Below are positions 30,531 through 45,250 of a stretch of 64,000 bases of DNA, in pieces. The position numbers and the translations under genes are program-made. The notes beneath the pieces were generated by a model. The model was not told the origin of the DNA. It made no database searches and saw only the letters and a program-made list of their open reading frames with translations. Each line of letters begins with the position of its first letter. Positions within the stretch are counted from its first letter, which is position 1. This DNA comes from Eledone cirrhosa (lineage: Eukaryota): the NCBI GenBank assembly GCA_964016885.1, contig OZ024741.1, forward strand, positions 4,774,001 through 4,838,000, given 5' to 3'.

Positions 30531-31645
30531 AGCTGTAGTTATACTGTAACTGTAGATATACTGTAACTGTAGTTATACTGTAGCTGTAGTTATAATGTGA
30601 TTGTAGTTACACTGTAACTGTAGTTATACTGTAACTGTAGTTATACTGTAGCTGTAGTTATACTGTGACTCTAGTTATACTGTAACTGTAGTTATACTGC
30701 AACTGTAGTTATACTGTAACTGTAGTTATACTGTAACTGTAGTTATACTGCAACTGTAGTTATACTGCAACTGTAGTTATACTGCAACTGTTGTTATACT
30801 GTAACTAGTTATACTGTAGCTGTAGTTATACTTTAACTGTAGATATCCTGTAGCTGTAGTTATAGTGTAACTGTAGTTATACTGTAGCTATAGTTATACT
30901 TCAACTGTAGTTATACTGTAGCTGTAGTTATACTGTGACTGTAGTTATACTGTAGCTGTAGTTATACTGCAACTGTAGTTATACTGTAGCTGTACTTATA
31001 CTGTGGCTTTTATTATACTGTAACTGTAGTTATACTGTAGCTGTAGTTATACTGCAACTGTAGTTATACTGCAACTGTAGTTATACTGTAACTGTAGTTA
31101 TACTGTAGCTGTAGTTATACTGTAGCTGTAGTTATACTTTAACTGTAGATATACTGTAGCTGTAGTTATACTGTAACTGTAGTTATACAGTAGCTGTAGT
31201 TATACTGTAACTGTAGTTATAATGTAGCTGTAGTTATACTGTAACTGTAGATATACTGTAACTGTAGTTATACTGTAACTGTAGTTATAATGTAGCTGTA
31301 GTTATACTGTAACTGTAGATATACTGTAACTGTAGTTATACTGTAGCTGTAGTTATAATGTGATTGTAGTTACACTGTAACTGTAGTTATACTGTAACTG
31401 TAGTTATACTGTAGCTGTAGTTATACTGTGACTCTAGTTATACTGTAACTGTAGTTATACTGTAACTGTAGTTATACTGTAACTGTAGTTATACTGCAAC
31501 TGTAGTTATACTGCAACTGTAGTTATACTGCAACTGTTGTTATACTGTAACTAGTTATACTGTAGCTGTAGTTATACTTTAACTGTAGATATCCTGTAGC
31601 TGTAGTTATAGTGTAACTGTAGTTATACTGTAGCTATAGTTATAC
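30150..31645. repeat. Tandem 763-bp subunit (equal to 44 x 17 + 15 bp); recurs near 44.9-46.4, 50.7-52.8 and 57.1-58.6 kb
   Basis: GTGGCTTTTATTATA pairs at 30240/31003, 44961/45724, 51387/52150 and 57203/57966, all offset 763; 50777/51387 offset 610, which is 763 minus 9 monomers. Confidence 0.85.
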
Positions 31646-34600
31646 TGTGACTCTAGTTATACTGTAGCTGTAGTTATACTGTGACTGTAGTTATAATGTA
31701 GCTGTAGTTATACTGTGACTGTAGTTATACTGTAGCTGTAGTTATACTGTAACTGTAGTTATACTGTGACTGTTATACTGTAGCTGTAGTTATACTGTCA
31801 CTGTAGTAATACTGTAACTGTAGTTATACTGTAGCTGTAGTTATACTGTAACTGTAGTTATACTGTAACTAGTTATACTGTAACTGTAGATATACTGTAG
31901 CTGTAGTTATACTGTCACTGTAGCTATACTGTAGCTGTAGTTATACTGTAATTGTAGTTATACTGTAGCTATAGTTATACTGTAACTGTAGTTATACTGT
32001 GACTTTAGTTATACTGTGACTAGTTATACTGTAACTGTAGTTATACTGTGACTGTAGTTATACTGTCACTATAGTTATGCTGTAACTGTAGTTATACTGT
32101 AACTGTAGTTATACTGTAGCTGTAGTTATACTGTAACTGTAGTTATACTTCAACTGTAGTTTTACCGTAGCTGTAGTTATACTGTAACTGTAGTTATACT
32201 GTGACTAGTTATACTGTAGCTGTAGTTATACTGCAACTGTAGTTATACTGCAGCTGTAGTTATACTGTAGCTGTAGTTATACTGCAACTGTAGTTATACT
32301 GCAACTGTAGTTATACTGCAACTGTAGTTATACTGTAACCGTAGTTATACTGTAACTGTAGTTATACTGCAACTGTAGTTATACTGTAACTGTAGTTATA
32401 CTGTAACTGTAGTTATACTGTAGCTGTAGTTATACTGTAGCTGTAGTTATACTGTGACTGTAGTTATACTGTGACTAGTTATACTGTAACTGTAGTTATA
32501 CTGTGACTGTAGTTATACTGTAGCTGTAGTTATACTGCAACTGTAGTTATACTGTAGCTGTAGTTATACTGTAGCTGTAGTTATACTGCAACTGTAGTTA
32601 TACTGCAACTGTAGTTATACTGCAACTGTAGTTATATTGCAGCTGTAGTTATACTGTAGCTGTAGTTATACTGTAGCTGTAGTTATACTGTAACTGTAGT
32701 TATACTGTAACTGTAGTTATACTGTAACTGTAGTTATACTGTAACTGTAGTTATACTGTAACTGTAGTTATACTGTAACTGTAGTTATACTGTAGCTGTA
32801 GTTATACTGTAACTGTAGTTATACTGTGACTGTAGTTATACTGTGACTGTAGTTATACTGTAACTGTAGTTATACTGTAACTGTAGTTACACTGTAACTG
32901 TAGTTACACTGTAGCTGTAGTTATACTGTAACTGTAGTTATACTGTAACTGTAGTTATACTGTAACTGTAGTTATACTGTAGCTGTAGTTATACTGTAAC
33001 TGTAGTTATACTGTAACTGTAGTTATACTGTAGCTGTAGTTATACTGTAACTGTAGTTATACTGTAGCTGTAGTTATACTGTAACTGTAGTTATACTGTA
33101 ACTGTAGTTATACTGTAACTGTAGTTATACTGTAACTGTAGCTGTAGTTATACTGTAACTGTAGTTACACTGTAACTGTAGTTATACTCTAGCTGTAGTT
33201 ATACTGTAACTGTAGTTATACTGTAACTGTAGTTATACTGTAACTGTAGTTATACTCTAGCTGTAGTTATACTGTAACTGTAGTTATACTGTAACTGTAG
33301 TTATACTGTAGCTGTAGTTATACTGTAGCTGTAGTTACACTGTAACTGTAGTTATACTGTAACTGTAGTTATACTGTAACTGTAGTTATACTGTAACTGT
33401 AGTTATACTGTAACTGTAGTTATACTGTAACTGTAGTTATACTGTAACTGTAGTCATACTGTAGCTGTAGTCATACTGTGACTGTAGTTATACTGTAACT
33501 GTAGTTATACTGTAGCTGTAGTTATACTGTGACTGTAGTTATACTGTAACTGTAGTCATACTGTGACTGTAGTTATACTTCAACTGTAGTTATACTGTAA
33601 CTGTAGTCATACTGTGACTGTAGTTATACTGTAACTGTAGTTATACTGTAACTGTCGTTATACTGTAGCTGTAGTTATACTGTGACTGTAGTTATACTGT
33701 AACTGTAGTTATACTGTAACTGTAGTTATACTGTAACTGTCGTTATACTGTAGCTGTAGCTATTTTTATATTGACTGTAGTTATACTGTAACTGTAGTTA
33801 TACTGTAACTGTCGTTATACTGTAGCTGTAGCTATTTTTATATTGACTGTAGTTATACTGTAACTGTAGTTATACTGTAACTGTAGTTATACTGTAGCTG
33901 TAGTTATACTATGACTAGTTATACAGTAGCTGTAGTTATACTGTAGCTGTAGTTATACTGCAACTGTAGTTATACTGTAACTATAGTTATACTGCAACTG
34001 TAGTTATACTGTAACTGTAGTTATACTGTAACTGTGGTTATACTGCAACTGTAGTTATACTGTAACTGTAGTCATACTGTAACTGTAGTCATAATGCAAC
34101 TGTAGTTATACTGTAACTGTAGTTATACTGTAGCTATACTCTAGCTGTAGTTATACTTTGACTAGATATACTGTGACTGTAGTTATACTGTAGCTGTAGT
34201 TATACTGTAACTGTAGTTATACTGTAACTGTAGTTATACTGTGACTCTAGTTATACTGTAACTGTAGTTATACTGTAGCTGTAGTTATACTGTAACTGTA
34301 GTTATACTGTAACTGTAGTTATACTGTGACTGTAGTTATACTGTAAGTGTAGTTATACTGTAGCTGGAGTTATACTGTGACTGTTGTTATACTTCAACTG
34401 TAGTTATACTGCAACTGTAGTTATACTGCAACTGTAGTTATACTGCAACTGTAGTTATACTGTGACTGTTGTTATACTGTCACTGTAGTTATACTGTCAC
34501 TGTAGCTGTAGTTATACTGTAGCTGTAATTATAATGTAACTGTAGTTATACTGTAACTGTAGATATACTGTAACTGTAGTTATACTGTCACTATAGTTAT

Positions 34601-36558
34601 GCTGTAACTGTAGTTATACTGTAACTGTAGTTATACTGTAACTGTAGTTATACTGTAGCTGTAGTTATACTGTAACTGTAGTTCTACTGTAGCTGTAGTT
34701 CTACTGTAGCTGTAGTTATACTGTAGCTGTAGTTATACTGTAACTGTAGTTATACTGTAGCTGTAGTTATACTGTAGCTGTAGTTATACTGTGACTGTAG
34801 TTATACTGTGACTGTAGTTATACTGTAACTGTAGTTATACTGCAACTGTAGTTATACTGCAACTGTAGTTATACTGCAACTGTAGTTATACTGTAACTAG
34901 TTATACTTCAACTGTAATTATACTGTAGCTGTAGTTATAGTGTGACTGTAGTTATACTGTAACTGTAGTTACACTTCAACTGTAGTTATACTGTAACTGT
35001 AGTTATACTGTAGCTGTAGTTATACTGTGACTGTAGTTATACTGTAGCTGTAGTTATACTGTAACTGTAGTTATACTGTAACTGTAGTTATACTGCAACT
35101 GTAGTTATACTGTAACTGTAGTTATACTGCAACTGTAGTTATACTGTAACTGTAGTTATACTGTAACTGTAGTTATACTGTAACTGTAGTTATACTGCAA
35201 CTGTAGTTATACTGTAACTGTAGTTATACTGCAACTGTAGTTATACTGCAACTGTAGTTATACTGTAACTGTAATTCTATCGTAGCTGTAGTTATACTGT
35301 AGCTGTTGTTATACTGTCACTGTAGCTATACTGTAACTGTAGTTATACTGCAACTGTACTTATACTGCAACTGTAGTTCTACTGTAGCTGTAGTTTTACT
35401 GTAATTGTAGTTATAGTGTAGCTGTAGTTATACTGTAGCTGTAGTTATACTGTAACTGTAGTTATATTGTGACTGTAGTTATACTGAGACTGTAATTACA
35501 CTGTGACTGTTGTTATACTGTTACTGTTGTTATACAGTAACTGTAATTATACTGTGACTGTAGTTATACTGAGACTGTAATTATACTGTGACTGTTGTTA
35601 TACTGTTACTGTTGTTATACAGTAACTGTAGTTATACTGTGATTTTAGTTATACTGTAACTGTAGTTATACTGCAACTGTAGTCATACTGTAACTGTAGT
35701 CATAATGCAACTGTAGTTATACTGTAACTGTAGTTATACTGTAGCTATACTCTAGCTGTAGTTATACTTTAACTGTAGATATACTGTACCTGTAGTTATA
35801 CTGTAACTGTATTTATACTGTAGCTGTAGTTATACTGTGACTCTAGTTATACTGTAACTGTAGTTATACTGTAGCTGTAGTTATACTGTGACTGTAGTTA
35901 TACTGTAACTGTAGTTATACTGTAGCTGTAGTTATACTGCAACTGTAGTTATACTGTAACTGTAGTTATACTGCAACTGTAGTTATACTGTAACTGTAGT
36001 TATACTGTAACTGTAGTTATACTGCAACTGTAGTAATACTTTAACTGTAGTTATACTGTAACTGTAGTTATACTGCAACTGTAGTTATACTGCAACTGTA
36101 GTTATACTGTAACTGTAGTTCTACTGTAGCTGTAGTTATACTGTAGCTGTAGTTATACTGTAACTGTAGATATACTGTAGCTGTAGTTATACTGTGACTG
36201 TAGTTATACTGTGACTGTAGTTATACTGTGACTGTAGTTATACTGTGACTGTAGTTATACTGTGACTGTTGTTATACTGTCACTGTAGTTATACTGTAAC
36301 TGTAGTTATACTGTAGCTGTAGTTATATTGTAGCTGTAGTTTTACTGTAACTGTAGTTATACTGTAACTGTACTTATACTGCAACTGTACTTATACTGCA
36401 ACTGTAGTTATACTGCAACTGTAGTTATAGTGTAACTGTAGTTCTACTGTAGCTGTAGTTATACTGTAGCTGTAGTTATACTGTCACTGTAGCTACACTG
36501 TAGCTGTAGTTATATTGTAGCTGTAGTTGTACTGTAACTGTAGTTATACTGTAACTGT

Positions 36559-36590
36559 AGTTACAGTATATCTACAGTTACAGTATAACT
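36559..36590 (-). repeat. Inverted satellite segment, copy 6
   Basis: Same 32-mer as 1070-1101. Confidence 0.95.
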
Positions 36591-37744
36591 GTAGTTATAC
36601 TGTGACTGTAGTTATACTCTAACTGTAGTTATACCGTGACTGTAGTTATACTGTAGCTGTAGTTATACTGTAGCTGTAGTTATACTGCAACTGTTGTTAT
36701 ACTGTAACTGTAGTTATACTGCAACTGTAGTTATACTGTAACTGTAGTTATACTGTAGCTATACTGTAGCTGTAGTTATACTGTAACTGTAGTTATACTG
36801 CAACTGTAGTTATACTGCAACTGTAGTTATACTGTGACTGTTGTTATACTGTTACTGTTGTTATACAGTAACTAGTTATAATGTGACTTTAGTTATACTG
36901 TCACTAGTTATACTGTAACTGTAGTTATACTGCAACTGTAGTTATACTGTAACTGTAGTCATACTGTAACTGTAGTCATAATGCAACTGTAGTTATACTG
37001 TAACTGTAGTTATACTGTACCTATACTCTAGCTGTAGTTATACTTTAACTGTAGATATACTGTGACTGTAGTTATACTGTGTCTGTAGTTATACTGTCAC
37101 TGTAGTTATACTGTAACTGTATTTATACTGTGACTCTAGTTATACTGTAACTGTAGTTATACTGTAGCTGTAGTTATACTGTAACTGTAGTTATACTGTG
37201 ACTAGTTAAACTGTAACTGTAGTTATACTGTGACTGTAGCTGTAGTTATACTGTCACTGTAGTTATACTGTGACTTTAGTTATACTGTGACTGTAGTTAT
37301 ACTGTGACTGTTGTTATACTTCAACTGTAGTTATACTGCAACTGTAGTTATACTGTAACTGTAGTTATACTGTAGCTATAGTTATACTGTGACTCTAGTT
37401 ATACTGTAGCTGTAGTTATACTGTAACTGTAGATATACTGTAGCTGTAGTTATACTGTGACTGTAGTTATACTGTGACTGTAGTTATACTGTGACTGTTG
37501 TTATACTGTAGCTGTAGTTATACTGTAACTGTAGTTATACTGTCAATGTAGTTATACTGTCACTGTAGTTATACTGTAACTGTAGTTATACTGAAACTGT
37601 AGTTATACTGTAAATGTAGTTATAGTGTAGCTGTAGTTATACTGTAACTGTAGTTATACTGTAACTGTAGTTATACTGTGACTGTAGTTATACTTCAACT
37701 GTAGTTATACTGTAGCTGTAGTTATACTGTAACTGTAGTTATAC

Positions 37745-40700
37745 TGTAGCTATACTGTGACTGTAGTTATACTGTCACTGTAGCTATACTGTAGCTGTAG
37801 TTATATTGGAGCTGTAGTTATACTGTAGCTGTAGTTATACTGTAACTGTAGTTATACTCTAACTGTAGTTATACTCTAACTGTAGTTATACTGTGACTGT
37901 AGTTATACCGTGACTGTTGTTATATTGTAACTGTAGTTATACTGTGACTTTAGTTATACTATGACTTTAGTTATACTGTAACTGTAGTTATCCTGTAACT
38001 GTAGTTATCCTGTAACTGTAGTTATACTGTAGCTGTAGTTATACTGTAAATGTAGATATACTGTAGCTGTAGTTATACTGCAACTGTAGGTATACTGTAG
38101 CTGTACTTATACTGTGGCTTTTATTATACTGTAACTGTAGTTATACTGTAACTAGTTATACTGTAGCTGTAGTTATACTGCAACTGTTGTTATACTGCAA
38201 CTGTAGTTATACTGTAACTGTAGTTATACTGCAACTGTAGTTATAGTGCAACTGTAGTTATACTGTAACTGTAGTTATACTACAACTGTAGTTATACTGT
38301 AACTGTAGTTATACTGTAGCTGTAGTTATACTGTAGCTGTAGTTATAATGTAGCTGTAGTTATACTGTAACTGTAGATATACTGTAGCTGTAGTTATAAT
38401 GTGATTGTAGTTACACTGTAACTGTAGTTATATTGTAGCTGTAGTTATACTGTGACTCTAGTTATACTGTAACTGTAGTTATACTGTAACTGTAGTTATA
38501 CTGTAACTGTAGTTATACTATAACTGTAGTTATACTGCAACTGTAGTTATACTGTAACTGTAGTTATACTGTAACTGTAGTTATACTGCAACTGTAGTTA
38601 TACTGCAGCTGTAGTTATACTGTAACTGTAGTTATACTGTAGCTGTAGTTATACTTTAACTGTAGATATCCTGTAGTTGTAGTTATAGTGTAACTGTAGT
38701 TATACTGTAGCTATAGTTATACTGTGACTCTAGTTATACTGTGACTGTAGTTATAATGTAGCTGTAGTTATACTGTGACTGTAGTTATACTGTAGCTGTA
38801 GTTATACTGTAACTGTAGTTATACTGTAGCTGTAGTTATACTGTCACTGTAGCTATACTGTCACTGTAGTTATAGTGTCACTGTAGTTATACTGTCACTA
38901 TAGTAATACTGTAGCTGTAGTTATACTGTAACTGTAGTTATACTGTAACTAGTTATACTGTAACTGTAGTTATACTTTAACTGTAGATATACTGTAGCTG
39001 TAGTTATACTGTCACTGTAGCTGTAGTTATACTGTAATTGTAGTTATACTGTAGCTGTAGTTATACTGTGACTCTAGTTATGCTGTAACTGTAGTTATAC
39101 TGTAGCTGTAATTATAATGTAACTGTAGTTATACTGTAACTGTAGATATACTGTAACTGTAGTTATACTGTAGCTGTAGTTATACTGTGACTGTAGTTAT
39201 ACTGTCACTATAGTTATGCTGTAACTGTAGTTATACTGTAGCTGTAGTTATACTGTAGCTGTAATTATACTGTAACTGTAGTTATACTGTGACTGTAGTT
39301 ATACTGTGACTAGTTATACTGTAACTGTAGTTATACTGTCACTATAGTTATGCTGTAACTGTAGTTATACTGTAACTGTAGTTATACTGTAGCTGTAGTT
39401 ATACTGTGACTGTAGTTATACTGTAACTGTAGTTATACTTCAACTGTAGTTATACTGTAACTAGTTATGGTGTAACTGTAGTTATACTGTAACTGTAGTT
39501 ATACTTCAACTGTAGTTATACTGCAACTGTAGCTGTAGTTATACTGTAGCTGTAGTTATACTGTAGCTGTAGTTATACTGTAACTGTAGTTATACTTCAA
39601 CTGTAGTTATACTGTAACTGTAGTTATACTGCAACTGTAGTTATACTGTAACCGTAGTTATACTGTAACTGTAGTTATACTGCAACTGTAGTTATACTGC
39701 AACTGTAGTTATACTGCAACTGTAGTTATACTGCAACTGTAGTTATACTGTAGCTGTAGTTATACTGTAGCTGTAGCTATACTGTAGCTGTAGTTATACT
39801 GTGACTGTAGTTATACTGTAGCTGTAGTTATACTGTAACTGTAGTTATACTGTAGCTGTAGTTATACTGTGACTGTAGTTATACTGTAACTGTAGTTATA
39901 CTGTGACTGTAGTTATACTTCAACTGTAGTTATACTGTAGCTGTAGTTATACTGTAACTGTAGTTATACTGTAACTGTAGTTATACTGCAACTGTAGTTA
40001 TACTGTAACTGTAGTTATACTGTAACTGTAGTTATACTGCGACTGTAGTTATACTGTAACTGTAGTTATACTGTAACTGTAGTTATACTGCAACTGTAGT
40101 TATACTGTAACTGTAGTTATACTGTAACTGTAGTTATACTGTAGCTGTAGTTATACTGCAACTGTAGTTATACTGTAACTGTAGTTATACTGTAGCTGTA
40201 GTTATACTGTGACTGTAGTTATACTGTCACTGTAGTTATACTGTCACTGTAGCTATACTGTAGCTGTAGTTATATTGTAGCTGTAGTTATACTGTAACTG
40301 TAGTTATACTGTAGCTGTAGTTATACTCTAACTGTAGTTATACTGTGACTGTAGTTATACCGTGACTGTTGTTATATTGTAACTGTAGTTATACTATGAC
40401 TTTAGTTATACTGTAACTGTAGTTATACTGTAACTGTAGTTATACTGTAGCTGTAGTTATACTGTAAATGTAGATATACTGTAGCTGTATTTATACTGTG
40501 ACTCTAGTTATACTGTAGCTGTAGTTATACTGTGACTGTAGTTATAATGTAGCTGTAGTTATACTATGACTGTAGTTATACTGTAGCTGTAGTTATACTG
40601 TAACTGTAGTTATACTGTGACTAGTTATACTGTAGCTGTAGTTATACTGTCACTGTAGCTATACTGTCACTATAGTAATACTGTAACTGTAGTTATACTG

Positions 40701-43700
40701 TAACTGTAGTTATACTTTAACTGTAGATATACTGTAGCTGTAGTTATACTGTCACTGTAGCTATACTGTAGCTGTAGTTATACTGTAATTGTAGTTATAC
40801 TGTAGCTGTAGTTATACTGTGACTCTAGTTATGCTGTGACTCTAGTTATGCTGTAACTGTAGTTATACTGTAGCTGTAATTATAATGTAACTGTAGTTAT
40901 ACTGTAGCTGTAGTTATAATGTGACTGTAGTTATACTGTCACTATCGTTATGCTGTAACTGTAGTTATACTGTAGCTGTAGTTATACTGTAACTGTAGTT
41001 ATACTGTGACTAGTTATACTGTAACTGTAGTTATACTGTCACTATAGTTATGCTGTCACTATAGTTATGCTGTCACTATAGTTATGCTGTAACTGTAGTT
41101 ATACTGTAACTGTAGTTATACTGTGACTGTAGTTATACTTCAACTGTAGTTATACTGTAGCTGTAGTTATACTGTGACTGTAGTTATACTGTAGCTGTAG
41201 TTATACTGCAACTGTAGTTATACTGTAGCTGTACTTATACTGTGGCTTTTATTATACTGTAACTGTAGTTATACTGTAGCTGTAGTTATACTGCAACTGT
41301 AGTTATACTGCAACTGTAGTTATACTGTAACTGTAGTTATACTGTAGCTGTAGTTATACTGTAGCTGTAGTTATACTTTAACTGTAGATATACTGTAGCT
41401 GTAGTTATACTGTAACTGTAGTTATACAGTAGCTGTAGTTATACTGTAACTGTAGTTATAATGTAGCTGTAGTTATAATGTAACTGTAGATATACTGTAA
41501 CTGTAGTTATACTGTAACTGTAGTTATAATGTAGCTATACTGTGACTGTAGTTATACTGTCACTGTAGCTATACTGTAGCTGTAGTTATATTGGAGCTGT
41601 AGTTATACTGTAGCTGTAGTTATACTGTAACTGTAGTTATACTCTAACTGTAGTTATACTCTAACTGTAGTTATACTGTGACTGTAGTTATACCGTGACT
41701 GTTGTTATATTGTAACTGTAGTTATACTGTGACTTTAGTTATACTATGACTTTAGTTATACTGTAACTGTAGTTATCCTGTAACTGTAGTTATCCTGTAA
41801 CTGTAGTTATACTGTAGCTGTAGTTATACTGTAAATGTAGATATACTGTAGCTGTAGTTATACTGCAACTGTAGGTATACTGTAGCTGTACTTATACTGT
41901 GGCTTTTATTATACTGTAACTGTAGTTATACTGTAACTAGTTATACTGTAGCTGTAGTTATACTGCAACTGTTGTTATACTGCAACTGTAGTTATACTGT
42001 AACTGTAGTTATACTGCAACTGTAGTTATAGTGCAACTGTAGTTATACTGTAACTGTAGTTATACTACAACTGTAGTTATACTGTAACTGTAGTTATACT
42101 GTAGCTGTAGTTATACTGTAGCTGTAGTTATAATGTAGCTGTAGTTATACTGTAACTGTAGATATACTGTAGCTGTAGTTATAATGTGATTGTAGTTACA
42201 CTGTAACTGTAGTTATATTGTAGCTGTAGTTATACTGTGACTCTAGTTATACTGTAACTGTAGTTATACTGTAACTGTAGTTATACTGTAACTGTAGTTA
42301 TACTATAACTGTAGTTATACTGCAACTGTAGTTATACTGTAACTGTAGTTATACTGTAACTGTAGTTATACTGCAACTGTAGTTATACTGTAACTGTAGT
42401 TATACTGTAGCTGTAGTTATACTTTAACTGTAGATATCCTGTAGTTGTAGTTATAGTGTAACTGTAGTTATAGTGTAACTGTAGTTATACTGTAGCTATA
42501 GTTATACTGTGACTCTAGTTATACTGTGACTGTAGTTATAATGTAGCTGTAGTTATACTGTGACTGTAGTTATACTGTAGCTGTAGTTATACTGTAACTG
42601 TAGTTATACTGTAGCTGTAGTTATACTGTCACTGTAGCTATACTGTCACTGTAGTTATAGTGTCACTGTAGTTATACTGTAGCTGTAGTTATACTGTAAC
42701 TAGTTATACTGTAACTGTAGTTATACTTTAACTGTAGATATACTGTAGCTGTAGTTATACTGTCACTGTAGCTGTAGTTATACTGTAATTGTAGTTATAC
42801 TGTAGCTGTAGTTATACTGTGACTCTAGTTATGCTGTAACTGTAGTTATACTGTAGCTGTAATTATAATGTAACTGTAGTTATACTGTAACTGTAGATAT
42901 ACTGTAACTGTAGTTATACTGTAGCTGTAGTTATACTGTGACTGTAGTTATACTGTCACTATAGTTATGCTGTAACTGTAGTTATACTGTAGCTGTAATT
43001 ATACTGTAACTGTAGTTATACTGTGACTGTAGTTATACTGTGACTAGTTATACTGTAACTGTAGTTATACTGTCACTATAGTTATGCTGTAACTGTAGTT
43101 ATACTGTAACTGTAGTTATACTGTAGCTGTAGTTATACTGTGACTGTAGTTATACTGTAACTGTAGTTATACTTCAACTGTAGTTATACTGTAACTAGTT
43201 ATGGTGTAACTGTAGTTATACTGTAACTGTAGTTATACTTCAACTGTAGTTATACTGTACCTGTAGTTATACTGCAACTGTAGCTGTAGTTATACTGTAG
43301 CTGTAGTTATACTGTAGCTGTAGTTATACTGTAACTGTAGTTATACTTCAACTGTAGTTATACTGTAACTGTAGTTATACTGCAACTGTAGTTATACTGT
43401 AACCGTAGTTATACTGTAACTGTAGTTATACTGCAACTGTAGTTATACTGCAACTGTAGTTATACTGCAACTGTAGTTATACTGCAACTGTAGTTATACT
43501 GTAGCTGTAGTTATACTGTAGCTGTAGCTATACTGTAGCTGTAGTTATACTGTGACTGTAGTTATACTGTAGCTGTAGTTATACTGTAACTGTAGTTATA
43601 CTGTAGCTGTAGTTATACTGTGACTGTAGTTATACTGTAACTGTAGTTATACTGTGACTGTAGTTATACTTCAACTGTAGTTATACTGTAGCTGTAGTTA

Positions 43701-45250
43701 TACTGTAACTGTAGTTATACTGCAACTGTAGTTATACTGTAACTGTAGTTATACTGTAACTGTAGTTATACTGCGACTGTAGTTATACTGTAACTGTAGT
43801 TATACTGTAACTGTAGTTATACTGCAACTGTAGTTATACTGTAACTGTAGTTATACTGTAACTGTAGTTATACTGTAACTGTAGTTATACTGCAACTGTA
43901 GTTATACTGTAACTGTAGTTATACTGTAGCTGTAGTTATACTGTGACTGTAGTTATACTGTCACTGTAGTTATACTGTCACTGTAGCTATACTGTAGCTG
44001 TAGTTATATTGTAGCTGTAGTTATACTGTAACTGTAGTTATACTGTAGCTGTAGTTATACTCTAACTGTAGTTATACTGTGACTGTAGTTATACCGTGAC
44101 TGTTGTTATATTGTAACTGTAGTTATACTATGACTTTAGTTATACTGTAACTGTAGTTATACTGTAACTGTAGTTATACTGTAGCTGTAGTTATACTGTA
44201 AATGTAGATATACTGTAGCTGTATTTATACTGTGACTCTAGTTATACTGTAGCTGTAGTTATACTGTGACTGTAGTTATAATGTAGCTGTAGTTATACTG
44301 TGACTGTAGTTATACTGTAGCTGTAGTTATACTGTAACTGTAGTTATACTGTGACTAGTTATACTGTAGCTGTAGTTATACTGTCACTATAGTTATACTG
44401 TCACTGTAGCTATACTGTCACTATAGTAATACTGTAACTGTAGTTATACTGTAACTGTAGTTATACTTTAACTGTAGATATACTGTAGCTGTAGTTATAC
44501 TGTCACTGTAGCTATACTGTAGCTGTAGTTATACTGTAATTGTAGTTATACTGTAGCTGTAGTTATACTGTGACTCTAGTTATGCTGTAACTGTAGTTAT
44601 ACTGTAGCTGTAATTATAATGTAACTGTAGTTATACTGTAACTGTAGTTATACTGTAGCTGTAGTTATAATGTGACTGTAGTTATACTGTCACTATCGTT
44701 ATGCTGTAACTGTAGTTATACTGTAGCTGTAGTTATACTGTAACTGTAGTTATACTGTCACTATAGTTATGCTGTCACTATAGTTATGCTGTCACTATAG
44801 TTATGCTGTAACTGTAGTTATACTGTAACTGTAGTTATACTGTGACTGTAGTTATACTTCAACTGTAGTTATACTGTAGCTGTAGTTATACTGTGACTGT
44901 AGTTATACTGTAGCTGTAGTTATACTGCAACTGTAGTTATACTGTAGCTGTACTTATACTGTGGCTTTTATTATACTGTAACTGTAGTTATACTGTAGCT
45001 GTAGTTATACTGCAACTGTAGTTATACTGCAACTGTAGTTATACTGTAACTGTAGTTATACTGTAGCTGTAGTTATACTGTAGCTGTAGTTATACTTTAA
45101 CTGTAGATATACTGTAGCTGTAGTTATACTGTAACTGTAGTTATACAGTAGCTGTAGTTATACTGTAACTGTAGTTATAATGTAGCTGTAGTTATACTGT
45201 AACTGTAGATATACTGTAACTGTAGTTATACTGTAACTGTAGTTATAATG
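37745..45250. repeat. Tandem duplication of ~3.7-3.8 kb nested in the second 14.7-kb unit
   Basis: TTGGAGCTG at 37806 and 41591; GTGGCTTTT at 41242 and 44961. Confidence 0.82.
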
